Assembly (NCBI GenBank): GCA_051530055.1
Contig: CM121342.1
Location: 9,377,480 to 9,441,479, forward strand
Source of the DNA: Neoechinorhynchus agilis
Lineage: Eukaryota > Animalia > Acanthocephala
DNA: 64,000 nucleotides
Reading direction: 5' to 3'
The first letter of the stretch is position 1, and each line of letters begins with the position of its first letter. The notes below the pieces were generated by a model. It made no database searches, had not been told where the DNA came from, and was given only the letters and a program-made list of their open reading frames with translations. A program made the position numbers and the translations under genes. This document shows positions 36,521 through 48,412 of this stretch, one piece after another.

Positions 36521-38595
36521 GGTTATATACTCCTGGATGCATCATGGAAACATTGCCACCTAATCCAAGTGAGGAATATTATATATGAGCTCAAGTGATC
36601 TTACTCGTAGTTAATATTTTGTGGGAGCGTCGATAGGTGATAATTCGCAGGATAAGATGGTATTGAGCATTAGATCATTCGGATAAATTTAAAATTACAG
36701 GAATATGGTTTCGAGTACTCATCGAAAATACTCAGTTTCTGCGGTTGTTTTTTGATTATCAATAAATGCAAACGTTGATACTTGTCGGATTTAAATAGTC
36801 CTGCTCGTCTTAGTGTTTTAAAAGATGGGTTGGTTCCTCATCGAATGTTGGTCTGCGCAGTATAGAAGTTCAACAAGTAAGTTGTTGTTTTGTTCTCAGG
36901 AAAATGTCTATATTAAAACCCTTATTTTCAACAATTCCGTGAATCGAAAATTGTTGTTTATAAAAAGAAACCTTCGTAAAAAATTTCCTTTGAGTGCAAA
37001 TCGATTTTGTCCGTCATGCAATCGCCAAAGCACCAACATTCTGGGCAGCTGAAAGGGAAAGGATCGCTAATCGCTACTTAAACAAAGTTCACATCTCTGC
37101 GCGCATTTGTAAATTTTTGTGGAAGATGGCGAAAGCTCGAAAATAAAGATTTTCTTTATCATTACGACAGCCCGCCTAAGTGTCCATTTAGAGACAAAAC
37201 CTGAGATTAGTTTTCAAAGAATACGATGAAAATGATCTTTGCTATTTGTGATCACAGAAAGTCCTATGAACATGAAGAATTTTATTTCTTTGTTGTTGGG
37301 CGACCCACTTCATGGAACCCTGCATCGTTTGGCGAGGCTTCCGCTTTCGAAATATCTCAATGAAATATTTTTTGAAGACTAGCCAGCCGGTAATTTATTA
37401 AGTATCAATGTGTAGACTATGCCGTGATAAAAGGCCACACGTTGATACCTAAAATATTTTTTAACAGGGATTCAGATCACCACATTTCCAGAGGAACAAA
37501 CTGGATCGCTTAAAGTTTACAATTCTGATTTCACTCTAAAGCCGTTAACTATCTTATTTTGAAAATAATTTAATACATATGTTCAAATAAAAACTTATTT
37601 CAGAAGAACTATCCCTACATTGCGATTATCCTTTATATCTTGTTCTATTTGTGCTGCTATCGATTACTATTGTTGCAAGAGAGGTGGTTGCTCCTTCATT
37701 TGCCTGAAACAAATTAGTTTTCGTTTGGTGACCAGTTTTATCGATAAAAACCTCATATGCAAACCGACGGAATGTTTTGCGCAGTTGATTCACTTATTTT
37801 TGTTGGGTCTTCAATCCTGAGTTCCTTCTGTGACCTTGCCGTTCTTTTTGGTGTAATAAAATCTCCTTAGAACATTAAGGTTTGAGTTCTTTTTTCAATG
37901 TTTCTGCTATGGTCCGGATTTAGAACAGGAGAAAACATTCTGAAGCCATGAGTTTGTCAAATAGTTCGCGGATGGCTGGTTCGCATTCGGAAAATGCGAG
38001 TCAGCGCATGAAACGCAGTAGAACGAACCTTTGTATCGATGCCACGGTGGCGTTATGAAAGTTTCGCATTCTGCACAAATCAAACGTTTTGTTGGCTGCG
38101 ATGGTTTAGGAGGAAAAGCTTGAGGATCGCTGATTGCGTCTAGGCGTTCGTTTACCATTTCGAGACCGATGATGCCACCATTATTATCAGTTGTTTTCAG
38201 GTAGATTTGCGCCAGGCCGTTCTCTGCGATGGTATCGGCATTTCGAAGTATAAATTTCATTAAGTCTTCAAGTTCCTGGTTGGAATCGCTTATCATTTGA
38301 TTTGGTTCGACCATTTCTTGCTAATTAGACTGTGTAGAAACTATTCAGAGACACTGTTTCTGAGCGTTTGTTAAGTTTGTAGCCACTGACAATACGGATT
38401 CCGCAACGTTCATAGGTGCTGTTCTCAACAAACGGGTAAATATTCTATCGAAATTTACTGGCTCAGTACTTCGAGTTGAAGGCATTGAAGGAAATGACAC
38501 TCCTATACTTATTAGAAACAATGGAATCGATTCGAGTTTTATTGTGGAACTCACCTGATGTTTGTTTGCTCATCGCATTCTGGCTCGCAGAATCC

Positions 38596-40083
38596 CCGAT
38601 TTGGCGAAATTTATTAAATTATTCGCCATACAGTGATAAGGTGGTTACGTCTGGTCATGAATTTATTGAGATCCTTAGGGCCCATACTGAATTAATAGAT
38701 CACCAAATGATGTCAGCCGATGTAACCTCTCTATTCACTAAGATTCCAGTTCAAAAGGCCATTGATTTGGCTATCCCATTGCTTATGAATAATGATAAAG
38801 GCTGGAATCTTACCAGATCAGACTGGAAAAAGCTTTTGGAATTCTGTCAATTTGAAGACAGTCATTTTGATCAGGTGAATGGTGTTCCGATTGCTCCAGT
38901 CTTAGCTGAGATCTACCTGCATCATTAGGAGAGTATCAACGTGCCTGATTTCCCATTCATAAAATTGTGGCTTCGTGCTCCAGTCTTGGCTGAGATCTAC
39001 CTGCGTCATTAGGAGAGTATCAACGTGCCTGATTTCCCATTCATAAAATTGTGGCTTCGCTATGTGGACGACACATTTCTCTTGGTAGACAGTACAGTAT
39101 CTGTAGATTTTCTGTGTAACATTCTAAACAGTAAAGACCCATCAATCCAATGGAGTGCTGACAAGGAAAAAGATCGTGTCCTCCAATTCCTAGATGTTCT
39201 GGTTGAGCGGTATGAATATTTGAGAAAAAAGGTTTTTCGGAAACCTCACATTCCAAATCAACCAGCACCTTGGACCTCAGCACAGCCCAGTAAGTACAAA
39301 ATAAGTAAAATGACGGCACTATTTAGAAGGGCGTTTAAATATTGCTCGGAGGATGAGTATTTGAAGTTGGAAATAAATTACTTAAAAATCCTTTTTAAGA
39401 AGAGAGGCTATCCCTATAAATACATCTCACGCTGCGTTCGGAGCCTGAGCCACTGGAAAAGGAGGGTTGGTCAAAGGCCCGAAGTAATGCGCTACATAAA
39501 TATCCCATTCATTAGTGATACCTGGAGTGACAGTCTGAATAGTCAGATTGTAAAAAAATATAAGGGAAAAACATTAAGGCAGTGGCATACACGACAAAAG
39601 GAAAATCCCTCAATGCTGTCATAGGTTCTGCAAGAGCTGACCCACCAACTGGTGTGGTTTATTTCATACCGTGTGGAGATTGTGCCAGATCCTATATAGG
39701 ACAAACTAACTGTCTGCCGCAGAATCTATGAACATAGGTGTGCACTGAGGAGAAATGATGCGAACTCAGCAATAGTCAATCATGTTGATGCAATGGGAAA
39801 CTCAATCAACATTGACAATGTCAATGTTTTATTCCGTAGCGACAATCGATACGTTCGTGTTATCGGTGAGTCGATTTTTATTAAACAATATGATACAATG
39901 GAAGGCAATAAGGCGGACTATGTACTCAAAATGAGTACTCCAATCACTTGAAAAACTTTCTTACTCTTTTTAGATATCCTGAAGAAGACTCACAAGCGAG
40001 TCGAAATATTGAACCTTTTACTTTGAATAATGTAATAAATTTCGCCAAATCGGGGAAAAACATGTATCCTTCGATTTTCACAA
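38596..40083 (+). mobile_element. 5'-truncated Penelope-like element (RT, GIY-YIG, hammerhead) with ~12-bp TSD
   Basis: MMSADVTSLFTKIP, WLRYVDDTF, LQFLDV, GVVYFIPCGDCARSYIGQT. TCGC(T)AGAATCC occurs at 38585 and 40084 and only once at 3870-3881. A 32-bp inverted repeat links 38593-38624 and 40025-40056. Confidence 0.92.
39974..40015 (+). ncRNA. Minimal hammerhead ribozyme (stem I weak)
   Basis: CTGAAGA-A-GACTC-ACAAGC-GAGTC-GAAA-TATT: core and stem II are intact, but only 2 bp of stem I are evident. Confidence 0.7.
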
Positions 40084-40361
40084 TCGCTAGAATCCGCATG
40101 GATTAAATTGTAGCCTCCATAATAAAAATTTCGTTTTCAGACCGTTGAACGTCAGTTGTCGGAATATTGTCGTTCCATCGTTCAGCCAAACGTAAAAGGA
40201 TTCTGTTGATTTCTGGATTCATGTCTCTATCTGAAATTTTTATACGTCTCCTCAGGAAAGACAATCGAGCAAGGAATGATTTTGCGAATTATCACGTATC
40301 TTATCGATAAAATCCATCGGGATGGTAAATTTTGACTCGTGGTGAAGTGTTCTGAAATTTT

Positions 40362-41065
40362 CCGGCTCTCTCGGCCGCTTCGGTCACTGCGTCGCAGATT
40401 GACATGTAATAAAAATCAATATCCGTTTCAGCAGCTGGCATCGAGCTTAGTTGATTCTCTAGTGCGATATCGAACTCTTTCCTCTTCTCCTCGTTGGCGA
40501 GGGCGCCATAAAACGGACGTGGAAGATGCTGAAGCGTACGGAACAACGAGTCACTCATGATCAACTGACACATCACCAATTGTGGTCGGTTGGCAGCCAT
40601 CAACTGTGAATGTGTCAGCGTTTTTGACACGACATTTTCCCCCACGTCTCAACAATATATGGTCAAGCTGAGCTAAGCGGCTCTTGGGATTTTTCCCGTG
40701 GCATGTTTGGACGGATTCTTTTGATCCATAAACGTCGCCAAACGTTGCGACTGCTTCCGGAATAAAGTGTTAGCAGACACGAGATCATGTCGCTCCAGCG
40801 CCTCAACCAAGTACCGGCTGTTCCGATTCTCGCCTTTCAACACATATAGCGATCTTTCGGAATGCGGTAAAATCGCGTTGAAGTCACCGGCTATTAGAAG
40901 GGTGTCTATGTTCGGTACATCATCTAATGCTTCGGCTAGATTTCCATAAAATCCTTCAACCGCCTCTTCATCCGACGAGGAGTTCGGTGAATATACGCCA
41001 AAAGCATAGAGATTTCTTGACCGAAGCTTTATGCTGACACGAAGGATTCGGTCAGTTATAATACT
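40362..41065 (-). mobile_element. RTE-clade LINE APE endonuclease fragment
   Basis: DRILRVSIKL...VYSPNSSSDEEAVEGFY...LLIAGDFNA...LVSANTLF...LDHIL. Confidence 0.88.
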
Positions 41066-41839
41066 GCATAGTGCTGAGTTTCGGAGGCGGGGTGATAAAC
41101 AAACGCCTACACCTACATTTCCTCGACGGTCCGCAGATAGGCGGCCAGACAGCTACTGATAGTAGCCTGTCAACGCCTGGTCGGTGTGCCGCTCCATTTG
41201 GTGATGCGGCTGCGAACAGGAGCAACAAAATCCACCAGTGCAACGGGAAAAAGCGAGGGCGTCGTAGCTCTCGCCGACGACTTGAGCGTCGAAATGAGCG
41301 AAACTGAAGCCGGAGGCAACGAAAGCGTCAGTCGAAGCTTATCACCGTGGTGGAAACGGACTGTTCAGGTGGCGCTGACAGCCGTGAGCCCTTTGGCCCA
41401 GCTATTTCCGATAGAAGAGGACGAATACGAGTAACTTCCCTAAGAATTCTGGGTCTACAATTTCAATTAAATTTGAAATGGGACTCGCACACCGCTGGGC
41501 TAAGGATATCGTGTTAAAGATTCGGCCACTATTACTATCATAGGATACCCAGACATCCAAGAATCCTTGCAGTATTCAAAAATGCTATGCCTTTCCTACA
41601 TCGCTAGGTCGCACAAAGATACAATGCGATGATAAGCAGTACCCGTAATTCGACCACTTCTTCCGGATGCCTGACGGGCAACCGTGGGAAGTTCCCGTGG
41701 CGAACGCAAAGGGAGACAAAACATATTTGACCATCGTACAAGTAGAACTTCATTTAGTGACGTCGCTAAATTGTTGACCCCGAAAAATGACGCAAGAACA
41801 GCGACCATCGGACGAGAACAACTGAGCAAACCTTGCCCA

Positions 41840-42627
41840 TATCAGCACGGTCTCGGTGAGACCACCAACTTTCACACCAGAGGACGTTGCGATGTGGTTC
41901 TCGCAGGTCGAGGCAACATTCAAACTCTGGAAGATCACCCAGGACCAAACCAAGTACGACTGTATTCACAACTCTGGATGCCGAGACACTGAGCCGACTA
42001 AGGAGTTTCGTCGCCAACCTGCCACCGCTCGGCGATCGATAAAACGCGCTGGAAAGTCGCCTGACACATATCTTCAGCGTTCCCGAATTTCGGCGGATGC
42101 AGATGATCGTGGAGCTGGCAATCAAGGAAGACACCCCCTCGCGCATGCTGGCGCTGTACGCTCCGAACGCGTACCCGGCCGCTGATCTCCTGTTTCGATA
42201 CCACTTCATCAACAAGCTGCCGACGAAGTTCCGTGAACTGGCCGCCAACCTGGATACTCTCGATCTGACCGCACTAGCCGAGATCGCAGGCAAATTCTTT
42301 TTTCAAATAACCGACGACACCACCGTCTGCGTGATCGATCAAGCAATCCCGACAGTGGACGTGGTGTGACAACATGATAAAAGCATAGGATCTCCGAGGA
42401 CAGTACCAGGCATCTGTCGGTTCCATGCCAAATGGGCCGACCGTGCCAGGAACTGCGTCCCGCCCTGCGTCTTCAACGGCAAAGTGGCGCCAACGCGACA
42501 GGGAAACGTCTCCCGGCAACAGCAACATGGCCGACCTCTTTTTCGTTTTCGACGCAAACTCCCGTCGGAGTTTCCTCGTCGATACAGGGACGCAAGCCAG
42601 CATCGTCCCACCAGCAGCTTTTTGACT
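41840..42627 (+). mobile_element. Gypsy gag plus protease fragment
   Basis: PPTFTPEDVAMWFSQVEATF, FINKLP, CRFHAKW...NCVPPC, FLVDTGTQASIVP. It is cut by the LTR at 42628. Confidence 0.85.
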
Positions 42628-43130
42628 TGTATAGTTTTTACACGTTACCCGAAACGATGTGAAGTCGTGCCACATTCACAAAACGATGTGACGTTGCACG
42701 TAGTGGGTTAGCTGTTGGACGCTGTGCGTTGGGTGGTTTTGGGTTTTGAAATATTAAAAACATGTTATCTGGCGACGAGGATGTCCGAACTCGGATGAAG
42801 ACAATCGAGGATATTCTGATCAATCAACAACAGTTGATACAGTTGTCGATACGGGAAGCCAAGCCCAAATCCGGCAATATGAACAAGAATATTACGGGAT
42901 TCAGGGATTTTCTGCCGACCAAAGAAGAGTGGGCTTCCTATGAGATGCAACTAGCGAAACATTTTGAATACTGCGGAGTAAGTGATGACTCTATTAAACA
43001 AGCATGCTTACTCGCCTGGTTGGATTCGAGTGTATTCTCAACGATCCGTAAACGTTTGGGAATAAAGAAGCCGTCGGAATGCACGTATCGAAACTATTAT
43101 GCGCATTTATCGATCGAACCAAAATAGTAA
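42628..43130 (+). mobile_element. Mag-type Gypsy 5' LTR, PBS and gag start
   Basis: Short putative LTR TG(42628)...CA(42762). PBS TGGCGACGAGGATG at 42770-42783 is complementary to the tRNA-Ser(GCU) 3' end. gag FLPTKEEWASYEMQLAKHF. Confidence 0.8.
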
Positions 43131-43979
43131 TGCGCAGAATGAACGGTGTGTGGGTGGAAACGTCTACGATATTTGGCGTGAAACCTCTTTGCCGCACGCG
43201 GAAAAATGGTGGACTGGCGTTCGAAATTCTCGTATTGTGAAAAAGCCCTGGACGGCGCCCCGCGCTATTTCAAAACATTCAAGAGGATTGAGGGCACAGC
43301 ATTATTCCTATTAATGCCGAGGATAGTGTTTGTAATGTCCACATCCTTATTACATCCTAATTCCAAGATCGAGTTTGTTGACGTGCTCAACACGAAAAAA
43401 TTACAACTACTAACTCTCCTAAACAAAATCGCTCTGAAAATGTAATTAAAAGGCATGTTAGTGAACAGGGAGCTCCCGTCTTCACCCTCAGACAGATTTC
43501 AGTCTTCAACGCTGAGATAGTAAGCACACGTAATCTTGCATTTACTTATCCTCGTCGGAGTAGCAGAGTGACTTCCCTGTCGAGGTCGTAAAACGACGAA
43601 AGCTCGGCCAAAAAAGTCTTGTTCGGGTCGATTGTCAAAATATATAAAATAAAGATTGATTTAGCATGCAACTGGGAAACCAAGCAGCAGTTCACGCTAT
43701 TGTTGATAGTACAGTTGGCAGGTCCCAGCTTCCAATCTCGAGATGCTTCATGAGGTCCACGCATACACGCTGATTTGAGGCGCTCTTCAAACTATCAATG
43801 GCTGTGCCACACATAGAGGTCGGGGAAGTGAGAAATCAGCTCACAGAAAAGGTAATCAAAAATGAATTTTGGACCGACTCTAACGTTCCTAACGCACATT
43901 TTGTAAATAAAGAATTGACAATTTGGTGAATATCAATCAAATAAGACAGTTACGAAACTCTTATACAATCTAAATAGCA

Positions 43980-44838
43980 AAGAACTATGGTCGATAAACC
44001 AGTGATTTAACGGATCTTTGGAGCAATACTTAAGAAAATGGTCGAAGAATTGAACAAGCAATTGGCGATAATCGATTGCAACGCTAAATGCTTAAATTCG
44101 AAAATATCGCAGATATTGAAATTTATAATCAATGCAGCTTCAGAAAATCTCTAAAAACTAGCGTTCTGGAAAAACCCTCTCTGTATTGTCGGAAAAATTA
44201 TGAGCGCGTGGAAAACAAGGCCACCATAATTTTGCTATATATTTGAAATTGGCTTTGACCAATCAATGCTGTTACAGAAAATCTCTAAAAAGCAACGCTT
44301 GGGAAAACTCAAAAGAACCATCTAGGAAAATTTCACTAACCATTAAAATCCAAAACAATTTAAAGTTTGAAACAGTAGAGTTTGATTTCAACTACTTGAC
44401 AGTATAACCCTGGCGACAAATTCTCGCACAACTGAAAGAGTCACAGAACATTAATCGAAAAACAACGTTTTCAACAATTTCAAGATATTACTCACGCCCA
44501 TTGAAGCGTTTCTATTCGTCATCGATGCGATGGTAAAGAATCAACCATCAGCTGCAAAGTCGCTCGATTCATCTTAGAATAAAACAGAGCGATGCGAGTA
44601 ACAAAATTGCAGCGATAGAAAACGGACGACGATTTGGAAGGTTTCAAAAAACGACAGAATTATTATCCGTTTATTTATTTGGCGCGCGTTTAAGAATTTG
44701 TCGTCATTTTTTAATAGAAAAATCAATCTGTGAAAAGTAGCCTTGAAGTCTACTTGTTCAAAGTCTTTTTAAATTAAGGGCGATTTTATTCGTTTTCTAA
44801 GGTGTTACATATGAAAATGTTTTACATTGAGACGACGG
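43980..44838. repeat. Second copy of the 17490-18366 duplicated segment
   Basis: Near-identical direct repeat. Confidence 0.95.
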
Positions 44839-46069
44839 GCAGTTTTAGGTTTCTTCGAATAGAAATTTACAAAGGACTTTTTTACGAATTTCAGTTTCGT
44901 CGAGACATAATGCAAATAAACGAAAACGTTTTTTGATTCAGATGGATCAATTGAAGTCGTCGTTAGAAACGCTAAAACCCATTGCGAATAGGATCCAATA
45001 ATGCAATCATTCGGATCGATCTATTTCTCGTTTTTCGTCTGGGACAGATGAATTAATCTCAGTCATTGTAGCATATAAGAATGATGCTGTTTTTTTACCT
45101 AAAACGTTCTTTTGATATTAGCCATTAATGGAACACCGCGACCTTTTTTTGCATGGAAATCGGGTTAAAGTTGGAATTTTTAGTTTGAAAAGTATAAAAA
45201 GAGCACCATAATCCATATTTCGAACGTATTAAACTTTTATCTTTTTGCAGTTGAATCCAAAAAATATGCGCACTTTATTAATTTGTCGATAACGCATTCG
45301 ATTAGCTCTACTTTTTTAATGTTGTTAAAAATAGTGAACAATCACACAAGTTTTGAGAGATGAAAATCAATGGTTGAGCTCTTGTAAACTTGAGCGCATT
45401 AACGATTCAAATGTGCAAAATAATCGCGTTCTAAAAAATCGCCAGAGCTAGTTTTTCTCGGGACTTCAATTGAAAATTAAATTATCTGATTTGTTACGAA
45501 ACATTTCAATATATTTGTTCTAAATGGATTAACGAATGCTGAATTCACTTTAAAATGAATGATCACATGAACAGTTCAGAGTTAAGAAAACAACCTTAAA
45601 CGAAGAAAAAATGACAAACGAGTTGTATAATCTGGAACCTTAGTCCAGTAAAAATCGTTGGATCGATAATAGCTCTAGAACTAAAAGGGCTTTGTTAAAT
45701 CGTTGAAACCGTCGACGCATGTTTTCGCAACCTGTTGTTGTGGCGGAGGTTGAGATTTCTCTCTAGCTAGACCATCCAATCGATGATTACCCTACAGATA
45801 GTAACTGAACCCAGTGCAGAAACTCAGCATTATCTAACGATTCAATTCTGTGCGAGATTCATAAATAAGAACAATATTGATTTATCAATTGAATTTTCGG
45901 AATGATGTGCCAATTTGATTTTAACAGAACAAAAGCTTGGTAAATTGGCCGACTATTACAGACATTTTGCTGCAAAAGTCATCCACAATATTATCTATAG
46001 TGCATCGTTCAGTGGAATTGATATGGTATAAATCATACAAAGATCATAAGCTACGAACAATGCGGCCCC

Positions 46070-46799
46070 GTCACCCATTCATCACCCCACCTCTCCCTTT
46101 CTTTAGCCTGTAAAGAAATCATACACATAAAGGATTTCTGCACCAATCACAAACTCCATCTCAATTTCTCTAAATGCTCCGAAATGATCCCATCTCTCTA
46201 CCGCAACTCCACAACATCCCCTGAGCTTCTAAATGACATTCTACGAGTCACCTCCCTGAGAATTCTGGGTATCCAATTTCAATCAAATTTGAAATGGAAC
46301 TCGCACATCACTCTCTCCCTCAAGCACAAGATTTTTAAAATTTATCTCCTCAAACGCCTGCGACATTTAGGAATCCTTTCACCCGACCTCTACAAATTTT
46401 ACTTCTGCTTAATCTTTCCATCCCTCAACTACGGTTACCCCGTATTTTGCAACCTTTCCAAATCGCTAATCCGCCGTTTTGAAATTCTTCACAAAAGAGC
46501 ATCTAAAATTTGCACAGCCGGTTTTCCCCCTCTCACCGAATGCCTTGATGCTATTTTCATAAAACAATCAAAACGCCTCTCAACCCTACCACCACAATTT
46601 CTTCCACATATCGCTCCCTTTTCACACGAGCACAGCACTCGTAATCCTAATTCGTTTCATCCTCCCATAACTCGCAACTCCTTATATCTACGCTCCATTT
46701 TCCATGCTGCCCAATCTTCTCGGATATCATAACCTGAAATGATTCTGAGGAAAGATCAACCTTAGAAGCACTCCTGCAAACAATATCCGCCAATTCCCA
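46070..46799 (+). mobile_element. CR1/L2-group LINE 3' fragment, near-identical to 24156-24885
   Basis: ORF 46184-46732 differs from 24223-24771 by a few residues. The 3' UTR is essentially identical up to CAATTCCCA. Confidence 0.95.
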
Positions 46800-46928
46800 C
46801 GAGAAGGGACCTTCCAACCCTACCGGATATTCTCAATCGAACGACACCCGAACGAATCGTCCCGAACGGACATCCCTCGACTGCATATTCCCATATTAAC
46901 GGATGAGGACCCAAAGATACATGGGTCC
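46800..46928. repeat. Family E minisatellite units plus terminal hairpin
   Basis: CCCGAACGGACATC units, then GGACCCA-AAGATACA-TGGGTCC (46907-46928). Confidence 0.8.
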
Positions 46929-47992
46929 TCCTAAACCTTTCTTTGTATTATCAATAAACGTGTTTGCAAAAATGGCACTTTGCAGTTTCTCTGAAAATAG
47001 TTAACGTTTTGAAGTTCAACAACAAGCTCTCACCACATTTTAATGCCGTATTTAACAACCAACGTCGTGTATGGTATCTTCGATCGATACTACGGGAATT
47101 TGTGGAACTTAAACTTCTTTTAAAAAGCATAATACGAAAGAACGTTCCGCCTTTCAAAAGTGAATCGATTTTAAATTTATGATATTCGAAATTTGCGATA
47201 TCGGTCTTTATTGTTTTTCGCTGTATTATTTCTAAGTTAAAAAATTAATGGGATGGATTAAAATTCATTTTATAAACATTAGAAAATGTTGGAGATGTTG
47301 TGACCATTATATGTTACCATCTAGTCGATTTCATTCAATTTACAACCATGATTATATCTCCAAATATGAGGCTTAATAAACTCCTTCAATTTTTCAATGC
47401 CATAAACAAACGTGAGCAATTCAGTCTTCAAACGGATGGGAAATATTTAGAGAGGAAGCCTCGTCTCAACAAAACCCATCAGTCAGCGACGTGTTAAAAA
47501 TCAATGAAAAACGCCACATAGCACAGAGATGGGAAATAAGATCCCCGGACCTCGGACGATCTCGCGTACCCGAGACATACAAAGCAACTAAAATCTTTTT
47601 AGCCGGCACAGAAATATTATCACTACACATTTCCAATTCTATCATCCCGAAGGATTTTCTATTGATGATTATAAAATTTATTAAACCGATTATAATTTCA
47701 AATTTTCGTTCATTCGTTAAAAGTCGTTTAATGTCAATTTTTTTGATGAGAATCATCGAGTTCTTTGTGAATTGTTTAAAACAAATCACTGTGATTTGGT
47801 TATTTAGAATCGCACTTCCGAATGAAATGGAAGCAATTCGACTAATGACGCTTCAAATTTTATCCTTCATTTATCTGAACGTTTTTAGAAATTGAAACGT
47901 TTACGTGAGTGTCAAGGATAGATTTATTCGAAATTTTTTTTACAACCAACATAATATGTTTTTAACAATTCAAACAATCTGTTTGAAGCACA

Positions 47993-48165
47993 CTCACCAC
48001 CTCCCGCCAAATTCCAGCTTTTGTCCTTCCTCGGCTGTCGCTATCACGCTAACAGCATTGCCTCGTTGTACTGCCAGCGAGATATTTTGTCGAAGGAATA
48101 CGCCTGCTCTTGAGTCTCCGGTTGCCTCTATCAATTTCTTCGAGAGATCCTGGAGCAGAAGTCGT
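47993..48165 (-). mobile_element. CRE-like 3' fragment
   Basis: ~90% identical to 32263-32410 (LAVQRGNAVSV). Confidence 0.85.
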
Positions 48166-48412
48166 TGATATTATGAAATCAATCACATAATTTATAATTA
48201 AAATTTTATTAATTCATTTCTACTGAACGGACATCTGAACAGTGACAAAGTCGGAAAATTGGAGAAGTTTTCAATGGTCAATATTTTCTAAACATAAGAT
48301 CAGCTTCTTTTTTGCGGTTTCAACAGAACTTCCAAATCACTATTTTTTGTTAGGGCTGATAGATGCGAACAAAAGAGATTCTCTTTTTCTCTTTCAGACA
48401 TCTTAAAGGACC

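Larger units (their letters stand above)
36525..40360 (-). pseudogene. KDM5/Lid-like histone demethylase gene, copy 2 (Penelope insertion at 38596-40083)
   Basis: In KDM5 order on minus: JmjN-like FTIPMDFIDKIR (~40330-40295); ARID-like LESIPLFLISIGVSFPSMP...VNFDRIF (38554-38345); PHD1 C-half LICAECETFITPPWHRYKGSFYCVSC (38083-38006; cf. [32 protein letters not shown]); JmjC H*YLINY (~37412-37390) and AE.VNF (~37100-37084). Many stops and frameshifts. Confidence 0.65.

Noticed and set aside
216-40360. Alternative genetic code (TAA/TAG read as Gln), since several pseudogene stops sit at Gln or Trp positions
   Set aside because: CDC5L and the collagen exons checked have no in-frame stops and end at normal stops, and the same pseudogenes also carry frameshifts and deletions.
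41230-41434. BEL/Pao integrase tail-like PLAQLFPIE
   Set aside because: A single short motif with no supporting domains.
44840-47900. ORFs 46951-47895 and AT-rich flanks as genes
   Set aside because: They are short, overlap on both strands and have no recognisable domain.
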